From Blastocatellia bacterium (GTDB lineage: Bacteria; Acidobacteriota; Blastocatellia; RBC074), in contig DAOMFR010000003.1 of assembly GCA_035429885.1 (NCBI GenBank), positions 28,010-92,009 on the forward strand: DNA of 64,000 nt. Reading direction: 5' to 3'. Position numbers and translations under genes: made by a program. How positions within the stretch are numbered: position 1 is the first letter of the stretch; each line of letters opens with the position of its first letter. This document shows positions 45,867-54,968 of this stretch, in pieces. The notes beneath the pieces were generated by a model. It saw only the letters and a program-made list of their open reading frames with translations, ran no database searches and was not told the DNA's origin.

Positions 45867-47453
45867 ATGCTGCATATGAAGCTTCACACAAAAACGACCT
45901 TGCTGGTTTCGGCTATTACGATCGCCGTGCTGGCAGTGATGATGTTTGTCATCACTGCGCGTGTCACCGATTTGGTGCGCGGTGAGCAACAATATCTGGC
46001 CGAATTACAAGCGCGAAGCCTGGCCGAACATGTCAGCAGTTCGGCGGAACCGTTTGATGTGGAGAAATTGCAGCGTTCGACTCAGTTGTTGCAAGGAGCG
46101 CGACCTTTCATCGTCAATGTGCGGCTGTGGGAATTGTTGGCAGGCCAGTTTGTCGAACGGGTGGCGTCGTCAGACCAACTGCCCCCTCAGCCGATGAACG
46201 ACAAGACGAAAACGGCCTTGCTACAGAAAAAGTCTTTCAATTTTACCAGCCCGGTAACAGACAGCAGCGACGCAGTCTACTTTCACTCATACGCGCCTTA
46301 CTTCAAGCAAGGCCAGGTTGCCGGCGCCGTTGAGATTGTCGAACGGCTCGACGATTTTCCGGATCTGGTCAAACTGTATTCTCAATCGGCGACGTTGATT
46401 GCCTTGGTCGCGATCATTCTGTTGACGGTGGCGACTTATTTGATGTTTCGCCAGCTGATTTATCGTCCGATGAAGCGGTTGCTGTATGCGATGGCTCGCG
46501 CCAAAGCGGGTTCCTTGAAAGCGCAAGCTCCTGTGCTGGCGCGTGATGAGTTCGGCAGGTTGTCCGAAGGTTTCAACCGGATGATTGCGCGTATCAGTGA
46601 AATGACGCGCGAGCGCGAAGTTCAGAAAGAAATTCTTCGTTGGCGCGTGATGGAAGCGACGGCTGAATTACAGCAACGCAACCACCAATTGGCCGATGCC
46701 AATTTGCAGTTGTGGGATGTGTCGCGCAGGCTGGGCGAAATGGAACGATTAGCCGCCGCCGGGCAAACAGCGGCGCAATTCGCTCACGAAGTCGGTACGC
46801 CGCTTAATTTGATCAGTTGCCACGTCGAATTGCTGCGCGATGAAATGCGATCCAATCCGGAATCCGCCGAAGGTCGAACGAAAATCATTGGCGAACAAAT
46901 CGAAAGAATTGAACGCATCGTGCGCCAAATGCTGGATCGCACGCGACTGGAAAAAGCCGTGCTTGCGCCGGTAGATTTGAATTTGATTTTGCGCAACATC
47001 GCCGAGGCCACACGACCAAAACTGGATTCTCGCAACGTACGGCTGACCCTTTCACTGGCGGAAAAACTGCCGCCGATTGCCGGCTCGTCGGATTACCTGC
47101 AGCAGGTTTTTATCAATCTGATCAACAATTCGATGGATGCCATGCCGGAAGGCGGCGAACTGCGAATCAACACCTTCACCGAGCCAAACAGCGGCGAAGT
47201 CGTTGTCGAAGTCGCAGACAATGGTTGCGGTATGAGCGAAGAAGTTCGCGCGCGGATTTTCGATCCGCTTTACACGACCAAAGAACATGGACGCGGGACG
47301 GGATTGGGGCTGGTTATTGTCAATAAATTGATGCGCGAACATGCCGGACAAATCGAAGTCGAAAGTTTGCCAGGGCAAGGCGCAAAGTTTGGGTTGCATT
47401 TCCCTGTCATTGAAACTGCGTCAGGCGCAGCGGCAAAGGTAGAGGCGGTATGA
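45867..47453 (+). CDS. sensor histidine kinase (periplasmic sensor, HAMP, HisKA, HATPase_c)
   Basis: Two TM segments flank a ~150 aa loop. The H-box is FAHEVGTPLNLI. The N/G boxes are INLINNSMDAMPEGG, DNGCGM and GTGLGL. Confidence 0.9.
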   Translation: MLHMKLHTKTTLLVSAITIAVLAVMMFVITARVTDLVRGEQQYLAELQARSLAEHVSSSAEPFDVEKLQRSTQLLQGARPFIVNVRLWELLAGQFVERVASSDQLPPQPMNDKTKTALLQKKSFNFTSPVTDSSDAVYFHSYAPYFKQGQVAGAVEIVERLDDFPDLVKLYSQSATLIALVAIILLTVATYLMFRQLIYRPMKRLLYAMARAKAGSLKAQAPVLARDEFGRLSEGFNRMIARISEMTREREVQKEILRWRVMEATAELQQRNHQLADANLQLWDVSRRLGEMERLAAAGQTAAQFAHEVGTPLNLISCHVELLRDEMRSNPESAEGRTKIIGEQIERIERIVRQMLDRTRLEKAVLAPVDLNLILRNIAEATRPKLDSRNVRLTLSLAEKLPPIAGSSDYLQQVFINLINNSMDAMPEGGELRINTFTEPNSGEVVVEVADNGCGMSEEVRARIFDPLYTTKEHGRGTGLGLVIVNKLMREHAGQIEVESLPGQGAKFGLHFPVIETASGAAAKVEAV

Positions 47454-48826
47454 CGAAAAGAATTTTGGTAATTGATGACGATCGCGCGTCGTGCAATTTG
47501 CTTGGCGAACTGTTCACGGCTCAGGGCTGGAGCACTGCGATTGCTCAAACGCCCGATGACGCCTTGAAAATGAGCGAAGCGCAACAGTTCGATCTGGTGG
47601 TCAGCGACATCAATCTGGAAGCCGAAAAGTCCGGGCTGGATTTGCTGAAAACTTTTCGCAATCAATGCCCCGTCATTTTAATCACCGGTTTTGGCACATT
47701 GGACACGGCGGTCGCCGCTTCGCGCGAAGGCGCCTGGGATTTGATTTCCAAACCGTTCAAGGTTCAGGAAGTGATTTCAATCGTTCGCCGTGCGTTGGAA
47801 CGAGTTGATTCCAACAGTTCAGAGAAAATCTCAGACGCGGGAACGTTAAGTGAACAATATCGTCAAGCTGGGTTGATCGGCCGATCACCGGCCATGATCG
47901 AACTTTACAAAGACATTGCGCGAGTCGCCGCCTCGCGTTCGACCGTGCTGATCGTCGGCGAATCCGGCACCGGCAAGGAGCTGGTCGCACGGGCGATTCA
48001 TCAGCATAGCCCTCGCGCCGCAATGCCATTTGTTCCTGTCAATTGCGGCGCGCTGACGGAAACCTTGCTGGAAGCAGAGTTGTTCGGACACACCAGAGGT
48101 TCATTTACCGGCGCAACTTCTGATCGAAAAGGCTTGTGGGAAGAAGCCGAAGGCGGGACATTGTTTTTGGATGAAATCGGCGAAACCAGCGCAGCTATGC
48201 AGGTCAAATTGTTGCGCGCGTTGCAGGAGCGGGAAATTCGCCGCGTCGGTTCCACCAAAAACCTGAAAGTAGACGCTCGCGTCATCACCGCCACAAATCG
48301 CGAGCTTGAGCAGGAAGTCGCCGCCCACCGGTTCCGCGAAGATTTGTTTTATCGTTTGAGCGTGGTTACGTTGCGCGTTCCGGCATTACGCGAACGGCGA
48401 AGCGACATTCCATTGCTGGCCGAACGCTTTTTGCTTAATGCGGTGGAAAACGCAGGGCGAGGCCAGATGCGATTTCGGGAAGAGGCAATCAAAATTCTTG
48501 CGGCTTATGACTGGCCTGGCAATGTGCGCGAACTGGAATCGGCGGTTGAATACGCTGCGTTGCATGCGCGCGGGGCGGAAATTGCGCGAGAAGATTTGCC
48601 GCTGAAGCTTCAGTCACCGGAGCTGCAACAGCGCGCGGCGAATTCAACATTGGCTGCGTTGTACGATGATTTGCCGTCTTTGGATGAATTGGAACGGCGC
48701 TATTTGCTGCACGTGCTGGAGGTGATGAAAGGCAGCCGCACCCGCGCCGCCGAAGTTTTGGGAATCGATCGCCGAACGCTGTATCGAATGGCCGAACGCT
48801 TCGGCATCAAACTGGACGGCGAATAA
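47450..48826 (+). CDS. sigma54-dependent response regulator (NtrC/AtoC family)
   Basis: The receiver contains DLVVSDINL. The AAA+ Walker A is GESGTGKE. GSFTGA is a GAFTGA variant. A C-terminal Fis-type HTH is present (AAEVLGIDRRTLYRM). It has an ATGA overlap with the kinase gene. Confidence 0.93.
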   Translation: MTKRILVIDDDRASCNLLGELFTAQGWSTAIAQTPDDALKMSEAQQFDLVVSDINLEAEKSGLDLLKTFRNQCPVILITGFGTLDTAVAASREGAWDLISKPFKVQEVISIVRRALERVDSNSSEKISDAGTLSEQYRQAGLIGRSPAMIELYKDIARVAASRSTVLIVGESGTGKELVARAIHQHSPRAAMPFVPVNCGALTETLLEAELFGHTRGSFTGATSDRKGLWEEAEGGTLFLDEIGETSAAMQVKLLRALQEREIRRVGSTKNLKVDARVITATNRELEQEVAAHRFREDLFYRLSVVTLRVPALRERRSDIPLLAERFLLNAVENAGRGQMRFREEAIKILAAYDWPGNVRELESAVEYAALHARGAEIAREDLPLKLQSPELQQRAANSTLAALYDDLPSLDELERRYLLHVLEVMKGSRTRAAEVLGIDRRTLYRMAERFGIKLDGE

Positions 48827-48827
48827 T

Positions 48828-49160
48828 TTAGGGCTTTGGCATCGAAATCATTCTTTCGCCGGATAGCGAAGGTTCAAACAGCGACAGTTTTTCATCTTCG
48901 ACCAGCGGCCCTGTGATTTCAAAAATGTCTTTCAATCGCGGATCAGCCATCAACCGCCGCCAGGCTTCGTCAAACTCGGCCAACGAATCGAATTCCCATA
49001 ACTCCAGATATTCCTGAGCGTCGCCGATGACGCTGCGCCAGATGCCCCAGAATCGAAACCCATGTTCGCGGATCAGGGGTAACGTTCGCTCGGCAAACGT
49101 TTGATCGTACAACGCAACGTGATGCGCCCGCAGCTTATAGGAAATTTTCAGCAGAACCAT
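48828..49160 (-). CDS. NIPSNAP family protein
   Basis: MVLLKISYKL...FWGIWRSVIGDAQEYLELWEFDSLAEFDEAWRRLMADP matches the NIPSNAP pattern. I prefer the ATG at 49160, preceded by AAGGAAG. Confidence 0.72.
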   Translation of the reverse strand: MVLLKISYKLRAHHVALYDQTFAERTLPLIREHGFRFWGIWRSVIGDAQEYLELWEFDSLAEFDEAWRRLMADPRLKDIFEITGPLVEDEKLSLFEPSLSGERMISMPKP

Positions 49161-49370
49161 TTTTCTTCCTTTTGGGGTGATCGAAGATGGAATTTGCAAG
49201 GCGGTAATTCTCTACACGGACTGACATCCTGGCAACGTGGGACTACCAACGAACAAGGGGAAAAGATTGTCTTTGCTGACAGCCGCGCACATAATCCGCG
49301 GCGAGTTTGACTGACTCCTGCGCATAAAAAATCTTCATCGGCAGCGAAAACGTTGCTTGGAGGGAATGTT

Positions 49371-50570
49371 ATGGAAATTCGTCGTCTGATTTTTGTCCTT
49401 GTGTTAGCGGTAATTCTTGCTGGTGGCCCAGTCGCTCAACAGTGGCCGACTCAAAATTGGCCCACGGCAAAGCCAGGCGATGTGGGGTTGGATGCCAAGA
49501 CTCTGGATGGGCTTGATGCTGAAATCGCCGCCGGCAAATTCGGCAACATTGACAGCATGCTGGTCATCCGACATGGGAAGCTGGTGTTCGACCGAGCGTA
49601 CAAACATGATTACGGCCAAATTTACGGCAAGGAAGCCAAAGAAGCCGGAGCGTTGAATGCCAGCGAGATGACTGGTCCGTACAATTACTTCAGCTCATGG
49701 TGGCACCCATTTTATCGTCGTGGAGATTTGCATACGATGCAATCCGTGACCAAAACCGTGACTTCGGTTGTCATTGGAACTGCCACGACCAACGGAGAAT
49801 TCCCGCCGTTGGATACTCCGATTCTGAAATTTTTTGACGCAGCCAAAGTCGCCAATGTGGACGAGCGCAAACGGCGCATTACGATCCGCAATCTGCTCAC
49901 GATGACCGGCGGATTCGACTGGAACGAACAGCTTCCGTACAACGATCCGAACAACTCCGCCAGCCGAATGGAAGCCAGCTTTAATTGGGTTGATTTCGTC
50001 ATCAATCTACCGATGGCACGTGAACCGGGAACTCTATTCAATTACAGCAGCGGTGAGTCGGAATTGCTGGCGCACATTTTTCACGTGGCGACGGGCAAAG
50101 ACATTGAAGAATATGCTGCCACGCATTTGTTTGCTCCGCTCGGCATCAAGGATTTTTACTGGAAGCGCTCACCTTATGGATTGATAGATACCGAAGGCGG
50201 GCTGTATCTGCGCGCGCATGATCTGGCGAAAATCTGGTTCTTGTTTTTGAAAAATGGAATTTGGGAAGGCAAGCAGATTGTTTCGGCGGATTGGGTCAAA
50301 GAGTCTGTGAAACCTGCTGTGCCTGTTGGCAATGGTGGAGCGAAATACGGATTGAAATGGTGGTTGTTTCCTTATGGTGACGGGACGAAACTGGCTTGGG
50401 CCGGGTCAGGTTTCGGTGGCCAGATGCCGATTGTTGTTCCCGAACACGACTTGGTTTTGGTTTTGACCGGATGGAATGTTTTGCCAGGCAGTGCACGGCT
50501 TGGCCATCGGGCCGCGATTGATCGAGTCGTGGCTGCGATCAAAAAAGAACCGTCTGCCGGAGCCAAATAG
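49371..50570 (+). CDS. beta-lactamase-family serine hydrolase (class C/PBP4*-like)
   Basis: A signal peptide is present. The SxxK motif is MQSVTKTV. A YxN-like motif occurs in LFNYSSG. I prefer the ATG at 49371, preceded by GGAGGG. Confidence 0.85.
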   Translation: MEIRRLIFVLVLAVILAGGPVAQQWPTQNWPTAKPGDVGLDAKTLDGLDAEIAAGKFGNIDSMLVIRHGKLVFDRAYKHDYGQIYGKEAKEAGALNASEMTGPYNYFSSWWHPFYRRGDLHTMQSVTKTVTSVVIGTATTNGEFPPLDTPILKFFDAAKVANVDERKRRITIRNLLTMTGGFDWNEQLPYNDPNNSASRMEASFNWVDFVINLPMAREPGTLFNYSSGESELLAHIFHVATGKDIEEYAATHLFAPLGIKDFYWKRSPYGLIDTEGGLYLRAHDLAKIWFLFLKNGIWEGKQIVSADWVKESVKPAVPVGNGGAKYGLKWWLFPYGDGTKLAWAGSGFGGQMPIVVPEHDLVLVLTGWNVLPGSARLGHRAAIDRVVAAIKKEPSAGAK

Positions 50571-50601
50571 GTTCTGGCAGACGGGTGACTAACAACAGGG
50601 G

Positions 50602-51900
50602 TTAGGCGGGCAAACCTTTTTGAATCACCTTCTCCATCGCTTCAGCGAAGATGTCAATTTCGCGCAACGTTGTGTAAACGTTCGGCGTGATGCGCAACCC
50701 TTCAAACTCAGGATGTTTGATGACGGTCGAAATGATTCGGTATTCGGTTTGCAAATGGCCGGATAGTTTCACCGGATCAATGCCTGCGATGTTCACCAGT
50801 GTCAGCCCGCAGCCCATTTTCGGATCAAAGCTGGTCAACAGTTTCACGCCTTTCATTCCTTCGATGCGGCGCGCCCAGCGTTGATAGAGATAACGCAATC
50901 GAGCCGCTTTGCGGTCAGCGCCGATGCCTTCGTGAAAATCCAGAGCTTCGTTGATTGCCAAAGCGTTGGCTGACGGATGCGTGCCGATTTCCTCAAACTT
51001 GCGGATGTTAGCGTTGTTTTCTTCTACCGAACCCATCAGAGACCAGGTTTGCGCGATTTTGTTTTTGCGAACAAACAGCAATCCAGTGCCAAACGGAGCG
51101 GTCAGCCATTTGTGCAAGCTCGACCCGTAATAATCGCAATCCAGGTCAACGTGTTTGAATGGAAAGTGCGCGTAAGCGTGAGCGCCGTCTACGATCGTTT
51201 CGATGCCGCGCGCGCGCGCCATCTGCACGATGCGTTTAACAGGGTAAATCTGACCGGACAGATTGGTGATATGGCAAAAATGAATGACTTTGGTTTGGGG
51301 CGAAATGGCTTTTTCAAACGCCTCGAAAATCTGATCGTGTGTAGCCGGAACCGGGATTGAAATCTGGCGCAACTTGATGCCTTCGCGGCGTTCGCGCTGT
51401 TTCCAGGTTGTCAGCATGCGCGGGTAATCCTGATTGGTGGTCAGGACTTCATCGCCGCGTTTCAGGTCAATGCCAAGCTGGCAATTTTCCAACGATTCAC
51501 TGGCGTTACGTGTGATGGCAATTTCTTCCATATCGCAACCGAAGTTCATCGCCAGACGGCGGCGGACGCTTTCGATTTGCGGGTCCAAATGACGCCACAT
51601 CGTATACACCGGCGCGGAGTTCGAATATTCCAGGTACCGCCGCATGGCTTCCTGCACAACTTTGGGCGAAGGCGAAACTCCGCCGTTGTTCAAATTGATC
51701 AACGTGCGATCTACGGTGAAAGCACGCTGAATTTCCAGCCAGAAATCTTCGTTCATAGCGACGTCATCGGCGGAAGAGCCAGAAACGTATCGCGTCGCAT
51801 CAATCGCATGAGCGATTCCTTTTTCGTTGAAGCTGGCGGCAATCACGCCTGCCGATCCGAACCGGGCTGCGGTATTCAAAAAAGATCGTCTTGAAATCAT
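50602..51900 (-). CDS. class V aminotransferase-fold PLP enzyme with twin-arginine signal
   Basis: A Tat motif is present (MISRRSFLNTAARFGSAGVIAAS). The PLP lysine lies in YYGSSLHKWL. It is isopenicillin-N-epimerase/cysteine-desulfurase-like. Confidence 0.85.
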   Translation of the reverse strand: MISRRSFLNTAARFGSAGVIAASFNEKGIAHAIDATRYVSGSSADDVAMNEDFWLEIQRAFTVDRTLINLNNGGVSPSPKVVQEAMRRYLEYSNSAPVYTMWRHLDPQIESVRRRLAMNFGCDMEEIAITRNASESLENCQLGIDLKRGDEVLTTNQDYPRMLTTWKQRERREGIKLRQISIPVPATHDQIFEAFEKAISPQTKVIHFCHITNLSGQIYPVKRIVQMARARGIETIVDGAHAYAHFPFKHVDLDCDYYGSSLHKWLTAPFGTGLLFVRKNKIAQTWSLMGSVEENNANIRKFEEIGTHPSANALAINEALDFHEGIGADRKAARLRYLYQRWARRIEGMKGVKLLTSFDPKMGCGLTLVNIAGIDPVKLSGHLQTEYRIISTVIKHPEFEGLRITPNVYTTLREIDIFAEAMEKVIQKGLPA

Positions 51901-52087
51901 AAGTAGCTCCTCTGGTGGTGAACAGAATGAAACGGGTGTGCAAATCAGGCGTAGAGTTGCAAACCCGGCTGTTATTGTAAAGCTAACTTCTGCGCCCTTT
52001 CGTTCAGGCCAGATGCGGAATCGCTGGTTGTAGTGGTAAGATGCGCAGCCATTGGTGGGAAAAAACAGTTCGTTTTATAGAGAAATT

Positions 52088-53149
52088 ATGATTAACAACG
52101 ATAGATTGATTCGCGCTTGCAGGCGGCAGAGCGTTGACCGTTCTCCTGTGTGGATGATGCGGCAAGCTGGCCGGTATTTGCCTGAATACCGCGCCGTGCG
52201 CGGCAAAACGGATTTTCTGACTTTGTGCAAAACGCCCGAAATGGCGGCAGAAGTTTCCATGCAACCGTTCGACATTCTGGGAGTGGACGCGGTGATTATG
52301 TTTTCAGACATTTTGATTCCTGTCGAAGCGATGGGCGTCAAACTGGACATCATCGAAAGCCGTGGGCCGGTCATTGAAACTCCGATTCGCACGGCTGAAC
52401 AAGTTGAAAAGCTGATCGTTCCCGACCCCGTGGAAAAGACCGGCTTTGTGATGGATGTGATTCGACTATTGCGGCAACAGTTGGATAACCGTGCTCCATT
52501 GATTGGGTTTGCCGGAGCGCCATTCACACTGGCGTCGTATTTGATTGAAGGTGGCACGTCGCGCAACTTCGCCGAAATCAAACGAATGATGTTTTCCAGC
52601 CCGACCTTGCTGCATCAGTTGTTGGAAAAGATCGCCGACACGGTTACTGATTACCTGAACGCGCAGATCGAAGCCGGTGCGCAGGTCGTTCAGTTATTCG
52701 ACACCTGGGCGGGCGAATTGTCGGCTGGGGATTTCGAAGAGTTCGCATTGGAATATCAGCAGCGAATCTTTTCCAGATTGCATCGCGGTCCCAGTGCGTT
52801 GAGCGTTCCGGCGATTTTGTACGTCAACGGTTGCAGTTCTGTGCTGGAAAAGATGGCGGAATCCGGCGCGAACGTGTTGAGTCTGGACTGGCGGATTGAC
52901 ATCGCCGAAGCAAACCGGAGGCTGCAAGCTGCCGGGTTCGACAATCTGGCTTTGCAGGGCAATCTGGATCCTTGTGCGCTGCTCGGGACGCCGGAAACCA
53001 TTGCCGAAGGCGTCCAAGAAATTCTGAAAAAAGCCGGTCCAACGGGGCACATCATGAACTTGGGCCACGGAATTATGCCGATGGTTCCGGTGGAAAACGC
53101 GCGCGCGTTTATCGAAGCCGCAAAAGCCGGAATCAGGGAAGTGGCGTAA
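52088..53149 (+). CDS. hemE: uroporphyrinogen decarboxylase
   Basis: PVWMMRQAGRYLPEYR is present, along with IMFSDILIP, QLFDTWAG and NLGHGI. I prefer the ATG at 52088. Confidence 0.93.
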   Translation: MINNDRLIRACRRQSVDRSPVWMMRQAGRYLPEYRAVRGKTDFLTLCKTPEMAAEVSMQPFDILGVDAVIMFSDILIPVEAMGVKLDIIESRGPVIETPIRTAEQVEKLIVPDPVEKTGFVMDVIRLLRQQLDNRAPLIGFAGAPFTLASYLIEGGTSRNFAEIKRMMFSSPTLLHQLLEKIADTVTDYLNAQIEAGAQVVQLFDTWAGELSAGDFEEFALEYQQRIFSRLHRGPSALSVPAILYVNGCSSVLEKMAESGANVLSLDWRIDIAEANRRLQAAGFDNLALQGNLDPCALLGTPETIAEGVQEILKKAGPTGHIMNLGHGIMPMVPVENARAFIEAAKAGIREVA

Positions 53150-53219
53150 CTCTTGGAGCGCTGCGCCATTGGCGCAGACTTGGTAATCCCATCAAACACC
53201 GGGTTTGGATACGAACCAC

Positions 53220-54920
53220 ATGGCTTCCACGGAAAACGACGAAACAATGGCAACGCTGGCGGAATCCACTCCGTCCAGTGAATACCTGGGCTTAGTGCTC
53301 AAAGACCGCTACCTAATCGAACGCGTGCTGGGCAGAGGCGGTCTGGGTATCGTGTTTTTGGCGCGCGACAAACAATTGCTGAATCGCGCCGTGGTTATCA
53401 AAGTTCTGATCGCCGAACGCGGCGACCAGCGATACGATCTGTGGTTTCAGAAGAAGTTCAAACAGGAAATGGAAGCGCTGGCGCGCATCAATCATCCCGG
53501 TGTCGTGGGCGTGCTGGATACAGGCGTAATGCCAGACGGCAAACCGTTTTTGGTAATGCAGTTTGTCGAAGGCAAAACCTTGCGGTCGGTGATGATTCCG
53601 CAAGGAATGGATTTTGACCGGGTTGCCGCCATCGTTCGCCAGATGGGACAGGCTCTTGCTGCCGCGCATGAAAAAGGCGTGTATCACCGCGACCTGAAAC
53701 CCGAAAACATCATGATGGAAGAGTTGGGAGGCGGGCAAACTCAGGTAAAGCTGATTGATTTCGGCGTCGCGCGCATCAAAGATTCTGAAGTTGCGACCAA
53801 CGTCGAAATCACCTGGATTGCCGGAACTCCACCGTATATGGCTCCGGAGCAATTGCGAGGAAAGCCGACTGCGGAAAGTGATATTTACGGACTTAGCGCA
53901 GTCGCTTTTGAAATGCTGACCGGGAGCCCGCCGTTTAAAGCCGGTTCGGCAGTTGATCTGTACGAACTGCAACGCGAAGGCGCAATCATCAAACCCACTG
54001 AGCTTCGCGGAAACCTGCCCGCCGCCGCCGAAGCCGCCCTGCTGAAAGCTTTGTCGTTCAATGCCAAGGATCGGTACAAAACTGTCCAGGAATTCGCGGA
54101 TGATTTGGCGGCTGCGCTGACTGGTGCACCGCGCTCCGCTATATCATTGTCCGAGCAAACGGCTACGACCTTGCATTACGATGGAGAGACGGCTTCGGCA
54201 GAAGCGCGCCCAACGGCTTTGGACGAGACGCTAATTCGCACGGCGGCAGAACCGTCGAAATCTCCGTGGAAAGTTATCGCTGTTGCGGCGGGAGTCATTG
54301 TCATCGCGGTTGCCGCTTGGTTGTTTACAAAACAAAAACCGCCTGAAATTGTCGCTCCGGTTGTGAAACCCGCATTCAGTTACTGGGTGATGGTGCAGAA
54401 ATATCGTGACGCCAAACCATATCAGCAACCATTCAGGTTGGCGGGCGAACTGGTGTTCGAAAATGATTACCACGTGCAGCTCAACGTTGGGGCTTCGCGT
54501 TCCGGCAACCTGTACATCATCAATGAAGCTCCCGATCCGGTGAATGGGCTACCTGATTACAACACCTTGTTTCCTTCACCAACAGCCAACAATGCCAAAG
54601 CGGAACTGGCAGCCGATCAGCAAATCCGAATTCCCGAAACCGGCGACGGTTTTTTCTTCGACAAAGACCAGGGAACCGAAAAGCTTTGGCTGGTTTGGTC
54701 GTCCAAAAGATTGCCGGAACTGGAAGTGCTGAAATCCCTGGCGAATCCCAATGACAAAGGCCACATCAGCGATCCGGCACAAATTCGTTCGGTGCGCGAC
54801 CTGCTTGCCAAACATTCCGCGATTCCTGCCACCGTCACCAAAGACGAAGCCAACAAAGTGACCAATGTTTCTGGCTCTGGCGATGTGCTGGCTCATTTGA
54901 TCAGGTTAGAACATCACTGA
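53220..54920 (+). CDS. transmembrane Ser/Thr protein kinase with extracytoplasmic C-terminal domain (DUF4384-like)
   Basis: Kinase motifs are present: GRGGLGIVFLA, VVIKVL, HRDLKPENIMM, DFGVAR and APEQ. A TM helix is present (WKVIAVAAGVIVIAVAAWLF). A ~190 aa C-terminal beta-rich domain follows. The start is ATG 53220 or TTG 53205. Confidence 0.85.
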   Translation: MASTENDETMATLAESTPSSEYLGLVLKDRYLIERVLGRGGLGIVFLARDKQLLNRAVVIKVLIAERGDQRYDLWFQKKFKQEMEALARINHPGVVGVLDTGVMPDGKPFLVMQFVEGKTLRSVMIPQGMDFDRVAAIVRQMGQALAAAHEKGVYHRDLKPENIMMEELGGGQTQVKLIDFGVARIKDSEVATNVEITWIAGTPPYMAPEQLRGKPTAESDIYGLSAVAFEMLTGSPPFKAGSAVDLYELQREGAIIKPTELRGNLPAAAEAALLKALSFNAKDRYKTVQEFADDLAAALTGAPRSAISLSEQTATTLHYDGETASAEARPTALDETLIRTAAEPSKSPWKVIAVAAGVIVIAVAAWLFTKQKPPEIVAPVVKPAFSYWVMVQKYRDAKPYQQPFRLAGELVFENDYHVQLNVGASRSGNLYIINEAPDPVNGLPDYNTLFPSPTANNAKAELAADQQIRIPETGDGFFFDKDQGTEKLWLVWSSKRLPELEVLKSLANPNDKGHISDPAQIRSVRDLLAKHSAIPATVTKDEANKVTNVSGSGDVLAHLIRLEHH

Positions 54921-54968
54921 TACTTAACGTGATCCGGCGCAATGCCGTTTCTTTAACGGAGGTTAGCC

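Noticed and set aside
53161-53177. Inverted repeat CTGCGCC-ATT-GGCGCAG after hemE, considered as a terminator.
   Set aside because: It has only a 7-bp stem and no U-tract. The kinase gene follows within ~40 nt, so read-through or co-transcription is at least as likely.
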